Shown here piece after piece: positions 38,255 to 47,815 of a stretch of DNA of 64,000 nt (its first letter is position 1; every line of letters starts with the position of its first letter). The notes beneath the pieces were generated by a model. It saw only the letters and a list, made by a program, of their open reading frames with translations. It was not told the origin of the DNA and did no database searches. The stretch spans positions 223,563-287,562 of the forward strand of contig PHDD01000002.1 in NCBI GenBank assembly GCA_002840905.1. The letters run 5' to 3'. The position numbers and the translations under genes are program-made. This stretch comes from Bacteroidetes bacterium HGW-Bacteroidetes-4. GTDB lineage: Bacteria; Bacteroidota; Bacteroidia; Bacteroidales; SZUA-534.

Positions 38255-38899
38255 ATGGAACAGATAAAAATAACCTTGGTCGACGATCACGCCTTATTCC
38301 GAAACGGTTTAAAAATTTTACTTGGCGCTACTCCTGAAATACATGTTATTAACGAGGCTGCAAATGGAAAAGAGTTTCTTGAAATTATTGAACACGAGCT
38401 TCCCCACATTGTACTAATGGATATCAATATGCCGGTGATGGACGGTGTAGAGGCAACCCAAGAGGCTATGGAAAAGTATCCGGGCCTAAAAATTATTGCC
38501 TTATCGATGTTTGGTGAAGAAGATTATTATTACCGGATGATAAACGCCGGTGTGAAAGGATTCCTTTTGAAAAACTCCGAAATAAACGAAGTAATTGAAG
38601 CCATTAAACAGGTAAACAAAGGCAACAGCTATTTCTCACAGGAACTTTTGTACAATGTCATAAAAAGTTTCAAACCTCACAAAGAAGTTGAAACCGAATT
38701 AGCCAACTTGTCGAAACGTGAGCTCCAGGTTTTGGAAGAAATTTGCAAAGGACTCTCAAATCAGGAAATAGCCGACAACCTTTTCATAAGCAAACGAACT
38801 GTTGATAAACACCGGGCAAATCTCTTAAGCAAAACCAATTCAAAAAACACAGCCAACTTAATTATGTACGCCATAAAGAATAAACTAATCGCCATTTAA
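38255..38899 (+). CDS. NarL/FixJ-family response regulator (LuxR HTH)
   Basis: Receiver domain (VDDH, LMDINMP) plus a C-terminal LuxR HTH (LSKRELQVLEEICKGLSNQEIADNLFISKRTVDKHR). Confidence 0.9.
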   Translation: MEQIKITLVDDHALFRNGLKILLGATPEIHVINEAANGKEFLEIIEHELPHIVLMDINMPVMDGVEATQEAMEKYPGLKIIALSMFGEEDYYYRMINAGVKGFLLKNSEINEVIEAIKQVNKGNSYFSQELLYNVIKSFKPHKEVETELANLSKRELQVLEEICKGLSNQEIADNLFISKRTVDKHRANLLSKTNSKNTANLIMYAIKNKLIAI

Positions 38900-38914
38900 G
38901 CAAACTCTTGAACT

Positions 38915-39652
38915 ATGGAACCAATTAATATTATTCAGGTAAAGCAAGTTGAATCGACCAACGACCAACTTAAAAAGTTTATTATTGAAGATGACATCCC
39001 CGAAGGTTTTGTAGTAGTAACCGAAAACCAAACAGGAGGAAAAGGACAAGGCTCCAACACCTGGGAAAGCGAGCCAGGCAAAAACCTAACATTCAGTCTT
39101 TTGTTACGTCCAGAGTTTTTAGAGGCCGAAAAAATGTTCCTGATTTCGAAAGTAGTTTCACTGGGTATTATCGACTATTTGAATACCCTCAGAAAGTGTT
39201 TTAGCATAAAATGGCCCAACGACATTTATTATTGCAACAAAAAAGCAGGAGGAATTCTCATCGAAAACCAGATTCAGGGCAACACCATTAAATATTCAGT
39301 AATTGGTATAGGAATTAATGTAAATCAGGAAAAATTTGTAAGCGATGCGCCCAATCCCATTTCATTAAAAACGATATTTGGAAAGGAATTAGCGCTACAC
39401 GAATGCCTTGAAAGTATTATCCAGCAAATTGGAATTTGGTACGATTTACTGGCCGATGGTTTTACCGACGACATTAACCAAAGGTATTTCGATCATTTGT
39501 TCCGCAACCAGGATTATCACGATTTTAGTTCAAACGGCGAAGTATTCCACGCCTGCATAAAATCGGTTGAAGCCGACGGACAATTGGTTTTAAAAACCCC
39601 TCAAGGCGGAATACGCAAGTTTTATTTTAAAGAGCTCGACTTTATACTTTAA
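38915..39652 (+). CDS. birA: biotin--[acetyl-CoA-carboxylase] ligase (class I, no HTH)
   Basis: QTGGKGQGSNTWES matches the GRGRxGRxW motif, and KWPND is present. Confidence 0.8.
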   Translation: MEPINIIQVKQVESTNDQLKKFIIEDDIPEGFVVVTENQTGGKGQGSNTWESEPGKNLTFSLLLRPEFLEAEKMFLISKVVSLGIIDYLNTLRKCFSIKWPNDIYYCNKKAGGILIENQIQGNTIKYSVIGIGINVNQEKFVSDAPNPISLKTIFGKELALHECLESIIQQIGIWYDLLADGFTDDINQRYFDHLFRNQDYHDFSSNGEVFHACIKSVEADGQLVLKTPQGGIRKFYFKELDFIL

Positions 39653-39654
39653 AC

Positions 39655-40053
39655 TTAACGGATTGTTTCAATCTTACTAATTAACGATTCTACAAAACTG
39701 TTTAATGGTTTTTTTGCTACCATTTTAAGCATGGGATTTAAATCGGCCCTGAGGGTAATTTTAACTCTACTGTCAGTTTCCGCCACTTCTTTAATTTGTA
39801 TCCACATAAAAAACTGAAAAGGGACATTTTCGTCATTGGCAATTTTCACCAACTTAAAAGGTTCCCGTTCAATCACGCGCATACCAAATTTTCCGATTTT
39901 GGCTACAGTAAAACTACAACTGTCGGTATCCGATTTAAAGTCGGAAACCTGTTCCGGAGGCACAAAACTACCCAGGTTTGTAAAATCAGATAAAAGAGAA
40001 TATATACGTTCCTGATTGGCCTCTACTTTGCCAACCCTGCTTTCAATTTCCAT
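39655..40053 (-). CDS. SRPBCC (START/CoxG-like) family protein
   Basis: 132 aa. This is a weak, pattern-level call based on length and alternating beta / terminal-helix character. Confidence 0.5.
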   Translation of the reverse strand: MEIESRVGKVEANQERIYSLLSDFTNLGSFVPPEQVSDFKSDTDSCSFTVAKIGKFGMRVIEREPFKLVKIANDENVPFQFFMWIQIKEVAETDSRVKITLRADLNPMLKMVAKKPLNSFVESLISKIETIR

Positions 40054-40084
40054 AATAAAATACGGTAAAAATTGGTTACTATTC

Positions 40085-40723
40085 TTATTGCCAGTTCTCA
40101 GGGTTCAACCGCCAACGGTTCAAAAGTGCCACTTCTGCTTCCGACACATAACCGGTTTTGTGCGCGATGCTAATCATGGTTTGATAATTAGTGAGCGTAT
40201 GAAAAGCACAATCGGCAGCTACAAAATTTTCATGAGCTTTATCGAACCCATACGAAAAAATTGCTATCAGCCCCAAAACCTCAGCTCCTGCATTGCGCAA
40301 TGCCTCAACCGCTTTTAAACTGCTCCCTCCCGTCGAAATTAAATCTTCAATAACCACCACTTTTTGACCGGGATCCAAATAGCCCTCCACCAAATTTTCA
40401 AGTCCATGTTTTTTTGCATCAGAACGCACATAAACAAAGGGTTTGTTTAAAACCTGCGCAACCAATACTCCATGTGCAATAGCTCCTGTAGCCACACCGG
40501 CTATTACATCGGCATGAGCATAAACATTGGTCACCAAACGAACAAAAGCATCGCGTATCTGTTCACGAACCTCAGGATAGGAAAGGGTTTTGCGATTATC
40601 GCAATAAATTGGGGATTTTAATCCCGAAGCCCAGGTAAAAGGATTTGACGGAGCCAATTTTATTGCTTTTATTTGCAATAAATGTGCGGCAATTATTTTT
40701 TCAATTTCAATATTCGAGTTCAT
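40085..40723 (-). CDS. pyrE: orotate phosphoribosyltransferase
   Basis: PRPP-binding motif VVVIEDLISTGGS and FTWASGLKSPIYCDNR. The start is set at MNSNIEIEK. Confidence 0.9.
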   Translation of the reverse strand: MNSNIEIEKIIAAHLLQIKAIKLAPSNPFTWASGLKSPIYCDNRKTLSYPEVREQIRDAFVRLVTNVYAHADVIAGVATGAIAHGVLVAQVLNKPFVYVRSDAKKHGLENLVEGYLDPGQKVVVIEDLISTGGSSLKAVEALRNAGAEVLGLIAIFSYGFDKAHENFVAADCAFHTLTNYQTMISIAHKTGYVSEAEVALLNRWRLNPENWQ

Positions 40724-41366
40724 GCCACAAAAGTATAAAGTTTTTTTCAACCACAATACACTTAATTTTGTCAAAAACTACTTCATTGTTCCTCGCGGAT
40801 GCATTGCTATAAGCAATCCAACCATAGATCAATTGCGTAATTTGGTCAGTACCTATATTGAAAGTGATACCCGGGATCAAATTTATATTTTGTGTTCCGA
40901 CGTTAAAGCTACCTGGAAAATATTTACTGCCCTTTTTAAAAAGAAAAAAGCTGCGGGTGGTTTGGTAGTTAATGAGAACCGGCAATGGTTACTGATAAAA
41001 CGCAAAGGCTTGTGGGATTTGCCCAAAGGGCATATTGAAAAGGGCGAAAAAACCAGGCAGGCCGCTTTGCGCGAAGTTGAAGAAGAATGCGGTATCAGTC
41101 AACTTACCATTGATTATAAAATAAACAAAACCTATCACACCTATAAAATAAAACAAAGCCTGATTCTAAAACCTACCACCTGGTATTTAATGAAACATAA
41201 GGGAAACGAAATGCCCACACCACAAACCAAAGAGGGTATCAGTAAGGCTATCTGGATTGATGCCGAAGAACTGGAAAGTTATTGCAAAAAAGCCTTTCCG
41301 TCGATTAAGTCGGTAATAAAAAGAGCTACTGGTTTTGACGCCGCTTTTCTGACTGAAGCAAATTAA
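40722..41366 (+). CDS. NUDIX hydrolase with an N-terminal extension of about 75 aa
   Basis: Nudix box GHIEKGEKTRQAALREVEEECG. Confidence 0.8.
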   Translation: MPQKYKVFFNHNTLNFVKNYFIVPRGCIAISNPTIDQLRNLVSTYIESDTRDQIYILCSDVKATWKIFTALFKKKKAAGGLVVNENRQWLLIKRKGLWDLPKGHIEKGEKTRQAALREVEEECGISQLTIDYKINKTYHTYKIKQSLILKPTTWYLMKHKGNEMPTPQTKEGISKAIWIDAEELESYCKKAFPSIKSVIKRATGFDAAFLTEAN

Positions 41367-42765
41367 AAAAAGACCATTCGAAATTCTCACCGGGACTTAA
41401 AGCTGGCGACATCTTTAATTTTCCATTGGGTTGAATCAGATAAAAAGTTGGATAGGCTTTAACCTTATATAAATCGGCAATTTTCCTGTCCGGGGAATCG
41501 CCCAAAAGCCTCCAGGTATAGCCATTCTTATCGAAATAGTTTTGAGCTTTTTCCAAATCTTTATCAATGCTGATTGAAACTATGGTTAAATCGTTCGAGA
41601 ATTTTTCGTGCAACTTTTTTAACAGTTCCAATTCCTGCTGACAGGCAAAACTTTCGACAGAAATAAAATTCAGGTAAACATAGTTCGAACTAAAATCGTT
41701 AAGCGAATACTTTGTTCCCTGTGCATCGGTCAGCTCAAAACCTGGAGCGTTGAACCCATTGCGTAAATACAGCACTTTTGTGCGAATGTTTTTTGCTATA
41801 AGTTTATGTTCCGGAACTTGGGTACTGTAAGCAAGCGAATCGAGTGTAATAAGCATACTCTGCAAGGGAAAATCGTTACTGTAAAAAGCATCGTACAACC
41901 CCTTAAGCAAAACTATTTCCTGAAGGGTGTCGTTCAGTAAAACCATGTTATTCGAAAAAGTTTCCTTAACCAAAACCGGACTTTTTGCCAAAGCCACATC
42001 TGAGAAAATACGGGTCCCTTCGCTGGTTTTCATATACACACTCAAGTAATTGGCAAACAACTGGTTAAACAAATCCATATAAGCCACATTATGGTACAAA
42101 ACCGGTTGATTGTTAAAATACTCACGTATTACGTACCTGTTATCGCGCATTACGGTAGTATATTTTAACCAGGCATATTTATACTTTCGGTAGTTATAAA
42201 AATAGGGATTTACAATTGTATCAAACTGAGCATCGATAGTTTTAATTACCGAATCGATATTGGCCTTGCGGGGAAATTTAAAGATGTAATAGTACTCCTG
42301 ATCGATGTAATTGTGATACCGTTCATTAAATTCGGCAATCAGAAGATTTATATCGTCAGGAGCCGGATTTCGGATTCCCAGATAAATTTGCACCGGGGTA
42401 AAAAAAGGATTGAGCAAATCGGCTTTTGTTTTGGGTTGCCAGGGAGGCAACACCACCTGATAGGTTTTTCCGGGTTCAGCATAAACTATACATTCATATA
42501 TTCCCAATGGCAGGGTTAGCAATTGTGTTTGTTGAAGTGAAAAAGTCAACTTAAAATTTCCTTCCGCATCAACTGTGTCGGAAGCTATCAGCACCTTTTC
42601 TCCACTAATTAAATCGGGCGTGGCAAACATCTGCACCACAAAGCCTGCATAACTTTTATTGTTTCCAAAAATTGTACAGGTGGTAGTATTTGGTTTAGCA
42701 TGCAAGCCTGTAAGTAAAAAAGTAAGTAAAAAAAACCAATACCAGCGATTACTTATTCTTTGCAT
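41326..42765 (-). CDS. secreted thioredoxin-fold (TlpA/AhpC-TSA-like) protein with a large N-terminal domain
   Basis: Signal peptide. The C-terminal part (about 140 aa) aligns to the TlpA pattern (YVYLNFISVESFACQQELELLKKLHEKF...IVSISID...YPTFYLI), but CxxC is reduced to a single Cys. Confidence 0.7.
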   Translation of the reverse strand: MQRISNRWYWFFLLTFLLTGLHAKPNTTTCTIFGNNKSYAGFVVQMFATPDLISGEKVLIASDTVDAEGNFKLTFSLQQTQLLTLPLGIYECIVYAEPGKTYQVVLPPWQPKTKADLLNPFFTPVQIYLGIRNPAPDDINLLIAEFNERYHNYIDQEYYYIFKFPRKANIDSVIKTIDAQFDTIVNPYFYNYRKYKYAWLKYTTVMRDNRYVIREYFNNQPVLYHNVAYMDLFNQLFANYLSVYMKTSEGTRIFSDVALAKSPVLVKETFSNNMVLLNDTLQEIVLLKGLYDAFYSNDFPLQSMLITLDSLAYSTQVPEHKLIAKNIRTKVLYLRNGFNAPGFELTDAQGTKYSLNDFSSNYVYLNFISVESFACQQELELLKKLHEKFSNDLTIVSISIDKDLEKAQNYFDKNGYTWRLLGDSPDRKIADLYKVKAYPTFYLIQPNGKLKMSPALSPGENFEWSFFNLLQSEKRRQNQ

Positions 42766-43243
42766 GCTTTCTTTTTTCTAATAAGGAATAAATATTGGAA
42801 TTACGCGGCAAAAACTGGCTCACATCGCCCCCATGACGCAGGATATCTCGAACAATTGTACTGTTTACCGGCGTAAGTTCGGGTGTTGTTAATAAGAAAA
42901 CCGATTCAACCTCGGGCAACATAATTTTATTCATTTGTGCCACGCCTCGTTCGTATTCAAAATCGGCAGCAGTGCGTATTCCCCGAATCATAAAACCGGC
43001 ATTTACTTTTTTACAGTAATCAACCGTAAGTCCATCGTACGCTTCAACCTTAACCCGGGGTTCATGGCAAAATACATTTTCAATCAATTCAATACGCTCT
43101 TCGATGGATAAAAACCCTGATTTTGAAGAATTACTTCCGATGGCTATTATTATTTTATCGAAAAGTGGCAGAGCCCGAACTACCACACTCTCATGGCCAG
43201 TGGTAAAAGGGTCGAAAGAACCGGCAAATACAGCAGTTTTCAT
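42749..43243 (-). CDS. coaD: pantetheine-phosphate adenylyltransferase
   Basis: AVFAGSFDPFTTGH nucleotidyltransferase motif; 164 aa. Confidence 0.9.
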   Translation of the reverse strand: MKTAVFAGSFDPFTTGHESVVVRALPLFDKIIIAIGSNSSKSGFLSIEERIELIENVFCHEPRVKVEAYDGLTVDYCKKVNAGFMIRGIRTAADFEYERGVAQMNKIMLPEVESVFLLTTPELTPVNSTIVRDILRHGGDVSQFLPRNSNIYSLLEKRKHAKNK

Positions 43244-43323
43244 GAAAAATATTTTTATTTCGTTATGAACCGGAGCAAAGTTAAAATTATTTTTGGTTCG
43301 ACTTACTGGCTGGATAAATATGC

Positions 43324-43968
43324 CTACGAAACTACTACGCGGTTCATGCCCTTTTCGTAATCGTTATCCAGAATTAAAGCTTTTAGTTTTTCATAATCGG
43401 CCGGATTACTAACAAAATCGATATGCGTAGTTTCTATTATCACTATAGGAAAGCGGTTTTCGGTTTTAAAATATTCGAAATAGCTTTTTTGAATCTGTAG
43501 CAGATAACCGGCTGTTATGGTTTTTTCATAATCACGCCCGCGCAATTTAATATGCTCAAGCAGCCTTTCGGGTGATGTATGTAAATAGACGTAAAGGTTG
43601 GGCAAAGGCAACTGCTGATAAATAATATTAAACAACTGACGATAAAGGTTAAACTCATCCTCGTTAAGGGTTGAGCGCGCAAATACCAAAGATTTTACAA
43701 AATAGTAATCGGCAATAGTGAACGATTTAAACAAATCGGTCGACGAAATCTCGGTGTTCAATTGTTTGTAGCGTGCAGCTAAAAAAGAAAGCTCCAGAGG
43801 GAAACTGTATCGGTCGGGGTTATTATAAAATTTGGGCAGAAAAGGATTATCATGAAACTGTTCCAGAATAATTTTTCCGTTGTATTGTTCAGCAATTTTA
43901 TTTACAAGCGTGCTTTTTCCAGCGCCTATATTGCCCTCGATAACGATATATTTATTTGCTAAATCCAT
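43324..43968 (-). CDS. deoxynucleoside kinase
   Basis: P-loop IEGNIGAGKSTL, and DR(Y/S) and LR.RGR motifs typical of the dNK family. Confidence 0.85.
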   Translation of the reverse strand: MDLANKYIVIEGNIGAGKSTLVNKIAEQYNGKIILEQFHDNPFLPKFYNNPDRYSFPLELSFLAARYKQLNTEISSTDLFKSFTIADYYFVKSLVFARSTLNEDEFNLYRQLFNIIYQQLPLPNLYVYLHTSPERLLEHIKLRGRDYEKTITAGYLLQIQKSYFEYFKTENRFPIVIIETTHIDFVSNPADYEKLKALILDNDYEKGMNRVVVS

Positions 43969-44003
43969 GCTTACAAAATAAACAGAAAAAATGCGATTTG
44001 GGC

Positions 44004-44036
44004 ATAAAAAAACCGGGAGCGATGCCCGGTTTTTTA
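44004..44036 (-). terminator. Terminator after the outer membrane protein gene (hairpin flanked by A- and T-runs)
   Basis: AACCGGG-AGCGATG-CCCGGTT with a T-run on both strands. Confidence 0.6.
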
Positions 44037-44055
44037 ATATTTTATCAACAACTTA

Positions 44056-44787
44056 TTATTCCCGTTCAACTTTAGCACCTCCAGCCGGAGCATTGTTATC
44101 TTCGTAGCCGTCGTTTGTTTTGCTTTTACCTTTAAAGCTTATCCATTTGGTTAAATCGACCAGGTATATGGCTGAAAGTTGTATAGTAATATTCTTACTC
44201 GAAGAATATACACCACTATCGTCCACATCAGTTAAACCCAGGGTAAAAGCCAAATCAAGGTTAAGTTGGTCGCCATTATCGAAGGGAATATTTGCTCCGC
44301 CTCCAAAGTTTAAACCAAACTCAAATCGGTTATAAGTATCCAGGGCAGGTTCTTCTGAGAAATTATCCATTACATAAGTAACTTTTGTCAGGTAATCGGT
44401 ATAAAAACCACCTGCTCCGTACACCTGAACACCGGCAATTTTCATAAAAGCATATTTGGCAACCACAGGCAATCCAAAATACTGATAATTACTATGCGAT
44501 TCAAAACCTGAAACATCCGTTCCATAACCCTTCCTGGTATATACTAACTCGGGTTGAATTGCCAGTTTCTCAGTAATACCGAGTTTGGCAACCGCTCCAA
44601 ACTGGTACCCCAGATTCATTTTTTTATCAGTACCTGTTCCCACATCAACAGTAGAAGTTGCCAGGTTTCCACCCAGTTTTGGCCCCACATAAAGGTAGCC
44701 TACGCCCACTTTTCCTACATTAAATAATTGCGCATGCAAAGTTCCTGCGATTAAAAGAGCAGCCAAGCCCATCAATAATCTTTTCAT
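44056..44787 (-). CDS. outer membrane beta-barrel protein (small porin family)
   Basis: Signal peptide ...GTLHA and an alternating amphipathic strand pattern. It is of the same general family as 26809..27456. Confidence 0.75.
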   Translation of the reverse strand: MKRLLMGLAALLIAGTLHAQLFNVGKVGVGYLYVGPKLGGNLATSTVDVGTGTDKKMNLGYQFGAVAKLGITEKLAIQPELVYTRKGYGTDVSGFESHSNYQYFGLPVVAKYAFMKIAGVQVYGAGGFYTDYLTKVTYVMDNFSEEPALDTYNRFEFGLNFGGGANIPFDNGDQLNLDLAFTLGLTDVDDSGVYSSSKNITIQLSAIYLVDLTKWISFKGKSKTNDGYEDNNAPAGGAKVERE

Positions 44788-44847
44788 AAATCTTGTTTTT
44801 TTGGTTGATATCAGCGTAAAGTTAAAAAAATGCCCTCCAAATTCAAA

Positions 44848-44880
44848 TAAAAAAAAGCACCTCTTAAGAAGTGCTTTTTG
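44848..44880 (-). terminator. Terminator after the prolyl oligopeptidase gene
   Basis: AGCACCTCTT/AAGAAGTGCT hairpin (one mismatch) between an A-run and a T-run. Confidence 0.55.
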
Positions 44881-44894
44881 TATTTTTTACCTGA

Positions 44895-47015
44895 TTACTC
44901 GTACCTGGGGGTTAATCCCAGATTTTTGAACATAAATGAATAAACATCGGCGTATTCTTCAATAATTTTTGTGGTGGGTTTGCCTGCTCCATGACCCGCT
45001 TTCGATTCAATACGAATAAGTACCGGATTGTTTCCCAGGTATTTTTCCTGCAACGTAGCCATGTATTTAAACGAATGTGCCGGCACCACGCGATCGTCGT
45101 GATCGGCGGTTGTTACCAAAACTGCAGGATATTCCACGTTTTCTTTAATGCTATGCAGAGGCGAATAGGCATAAAGGTATTTGAACATTTCTTCGCTGTC
45201 TTCGCTGGTTCCATAATCGGTAGCCCAATAGCGCCCAATGGTAAATTTATGGTAACGCAACATATCCATTACGCCTACTGCCGGGAAAGCTGCTCCAAAC
45301 AATTCGGGACGTTGATTGATTACGGCTCCTACAAGCAATCCGCCGTTTGAACCACCCATCAAAGCAATTTTGCCTTTGCTGGTGTAATTCTCAGCAATAA
45401 GGTATTCGGCTGCAGCAATACAATCGTCGAAAACATTTTGCTTTTGCATAATGGTACCGGCTTTGTGCCATTCTTCTCCGTATTCGCCTCCGCCACGCAG
45501 GTTCATCATGGCATAAATACCACCCTGCTCGAGCCAAACCAAACGACTTACGTTGAAACTTGGCGTAAGACTGATGTTAAAACCGCCATATCCATACAAT
45601 AAAACCGGATTTTTTCCATTCAGCTTCAATCCTTTTTTATGTACAATAAACATGGGAATTTTAGCGCCATCGTTACTGGTATAAAACACCTGCTTGGTTT
45701 CGTAAGCATTGGCGTCAAAATCGACATCGGGAGCCTGATAAAAAGCTGAAATGTTATCGTTAATATTGTATTTATAAACCGTTGATGGAGTAGTAAACGA
45801 CGTAATGGTGTAAAAAGTAAAGTCATCTTCTTTCTTACCACTAAAGCCGCCCACACTTCCCAACACAGGTAATTCTATATTATACAGATACTCACCGTTC
45901 ATGTTGAAAACTTCTACCTCGTTATGGGCATCTTTCAGGTAATTGGCTATCACTTTTCCGCCAACCAACGATACTTGCTCCAAAACACCTTCTTTTTCCG
46001 GAATAAAATCAGTCCAAGCGTCGCGTGAAAGATTATTTACATCGATGGCAATCACTTTATATTTTGGAGCCTGATAATTGGTGCGCACCAGCAATTTGCC
46101 GTCCACATGGTCGAGTACATAAAAGTCGTAATCAAAATCCTCAACCACTTTAATCACTTTACCACAGCTTTTAATATCTTTTATGTAAAATGCGTTTCCT
46201 GAAGTAGATTCGGTAACCGAAATAATAAGGTATTTCTCATCGTCGGTAACACCGGCACTAAAGCCCCATTGTGGATGCTCGGGATCTTCGTAAACCAGCT
46301 TGTCTTCACTTTGCTGTGTTCCAACTTTATGAAAATAAACTTTGCTGTGTTCGTTAACTCCTTTAAGCTTGTCGCCTTCTTTTGGTTCGGGATAACGCGA
46401 ATAAAAAAATCCGTCGTTCAACCACGATATTCCGGAAAACTTAGCCCAATTGATGTGATCGTCGAGGAGTTTACCGCTTTCAATTTCTTTTACATAAAAC
46501 TCGCGCCAGTCGGAACCACCTCGTGAAATTCCGTAAGCCAGGTATTTACCATCTTCCGAAGGAGTAAAATTAGTCAACGAGATGGTACCGTCTTCCGAAA
46601 AAGTATTGGGGTCGAGAATTACGCGTTCTTCGGCATCCAAATCACTTTTTATGTAGGCCACACTTTGGTTTTGCAAACCGTTGTTTTTAAATACATAAAA
46701 ATTTCCACCACGTTTAAAAGGCGCTGAAATTTTGGGGTAATCCCAAAGTTCGGTGAGGCGCTTTTCAACCTGTTCGCGGTAAGGAACCTCAGCCAGATAG
46801 GCATTGGTAACCAAGTTTTGAGCCTCAACCCAGGCTTTTGTTTCTTCAGAATTGTCATCTTCGAGCCAGCGGTAAGGATCCGGTACTTCGTGTCCGAAAT
46901 AAACATCTACAGTATCCACTTTTTTTGTCATAGGATAATCCAATCGTTTTTTTGTTGGCTGACAAGCCATAAAACCAGCCAGCAAAAATACAAATACAAG
47001 TTTTTTCATGTGCAT
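44895..47015 (-). CDS. prolyl oligopeptidase (S9A) family serine peptidase
   Basis: N-terminal beta-propeller and a C-terminal catalytic domain with GGSNGGLLVG, plus the D and H regions (ADHDDRV, GHG). Confidence 0.9.
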   Translation of the reverse strand: MHMKKLVFVFLLAGFMACQPTKKRLDYPMTKKVDTVDVYFGHEVPDPYRWLEDDNSEETKAWVEAQNLVTNAYLAEVPYREQVEKRLTELWDYPKISAPFKRGGNFYVFKNNGLQNQSVAYIKSDLDAEERVILDPNTFSEDGTISLTNFTPSEDGKYLAYGISRGGSDWREFYVKEIESGKLLDDHINWAKFSGISWLNDGFFYSRYPEPKEGDKLKGVNEHSKVYFHKVGTQQSEDKLVYEDPEHPQWGFSAGVTDDEKYLIISVTESTSGNAFYIKDIKSCGKVIKVVEDFDYDFYVLDHVDGKLLVRTNYQAPKYKVIAIDVNNLSRDAWTDFIPEKEGVLEQVSLVGGKVIANYLKDAHNEVEVFNMNGEYLYNIELPVLGSVGGFSGKKEDDFTFYTITSFTTPSTVYKYNINDNISAFYQAPDVDFDANAYETKQVFYTSNDGAKIPMFIVHKKGLKLNGKNPVLLYGYGGFNISLTPSFNVSRLVWLEQGGIYAMMNLRGGGEYGEEWHKAGTIMQKQNVFDDCIAAAEYLIAENYTSKGKIALMGGSNGGLLVGAVINQRPELFGAAFPAVGVMDMLRYHKFTIGRYWATDYGTSEDSEEMFKYLYAYSPLHSIKENVEYPAVLVTTADHDDRVVPAHSFKYMATLQEKYLGNNPVLIRIESKAGHGAGKPTTKIIEEYADVYSFMFKNLGLTPRYE

Positions 47016-47262
47016 TTATTTTTAGTTAATTGTTTATTTTAGTGAAATTAGCTTAAGCAACAAATGAGAACACTTTTTTTAGTTCAGGTTTTAATAGGTA
47101 GCGTATTAACAATAAAAGTTACAATTGCAGCCTTACCTGAAAATAAAAGAACTAAAATACAAAAATTTAACAGTACATTTGATTTCCTAAACAAACGCAT
47201 AAGGCATAACCTGTAATTTCATTTTTTTTAAGCAAACAACTTGCAGTTTAAAAAGAAAGGCT

Positions 47263-47270
47263 TACCTTTG
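47263..47270 (+). promoter_or_regulatory. Candidate -7 box TACCTTTG upstream of rpsO
   Basis: TAnnTTTG match 51 nt upstream of the ATG at 47321. Confidence 0.45.
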
Positions 47271-47320
47271 CGGTTCAAAAAACGTACGCTATTTATTGGA
47301 AATAAATTATAAAAACGAAT

Positions 47321-47590
47321 ATGTACTTAACTGCAGAGAAAAAAACGGAGATTTTTGGGACGTTCGGTAAGTCTGCACAAGACACCGGTTCTACTGAAGG
47401 ACAAATTGCCTTATTCAGCTACCGGATCGCACATTTAACCGAGCATCTGAAAACGAACAAAAAGGATTTTGGCACACAAAAAGCGTTGCTGAAACTGGTA
47501 GGTAAAAGAAGAAGTCTGCTTGACTACCTAAAAGACAATGATATTGAAAGGTACCGTGCCGTTATTAAAGCACTTAACTTAAGAAAATAA
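47321..47590 (+). CDS. rpsO: 30S ribosomal protein S15
   Basis: 89 aa with GSTEGQIALFSYRIAHLTEHLK..KKD..........LVGKRR.LL.YL. Confidence 0.95.
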   Translation: MYLTAEKKTEIFGTFGKSAQDTGSTEGQIALFSYRIAHLTEHLKTNKKDFGTQKALLKLVGKRRSLLDYLKDNDIERYRAVIKALNLRK

Positions 47591-47593
47591 CAA

Positions 47594-47622
47594 AAAAGGG
47601 CAATTATTTATTGCCTTTTTTT
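47594..47622 (+). terminator. Rho-independent terminator of rpsO
   Basis: AAAGGGCAAT-TATTT-ATTGCCTTTT stem followed by a T-run. Confidence 0.65.
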
Positions 47623-47754
47623 GTCTTTGCAAAAAACATCCTCTCCGCAAAATAACCCATCAAACCCTTAGCCAACAAAAACCGTTGAGCCAAAATAAAA
47701 AGCTTTTTGCAACTGGGCAAAAAAGCATTTATATTTGGCAAAAATAATTTAGTA

Positions 47755-47762
47755 TAAATTTG
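47755..47762 (+). promoter_or_regulatory. Candidate -7 box TAAATTTG upstream of pnp (a second match, TATATTTG, is at 47730-47737)
   Basis: TAnnTTTG matches in the 225-nt rpsO-pnp spacer. Confidence 0.35.
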
Positions 47763-47815
47763 GCTTGCCCGACAGATACAATAAGAAACCGGCAAGCCGG
47801 TAAGTAATAACAAAG

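Noticed and set aside
47045-47068. Possible third copy of the GGATTAGCT... repeat (AAATTAGCTTAAGCAACAAATGAG).
   Set aside because: The match needs a 5-nt gap and rests mainly on a 7-8-mer that could occur by chance in 64 kb. It is mentioned only as a pointer.
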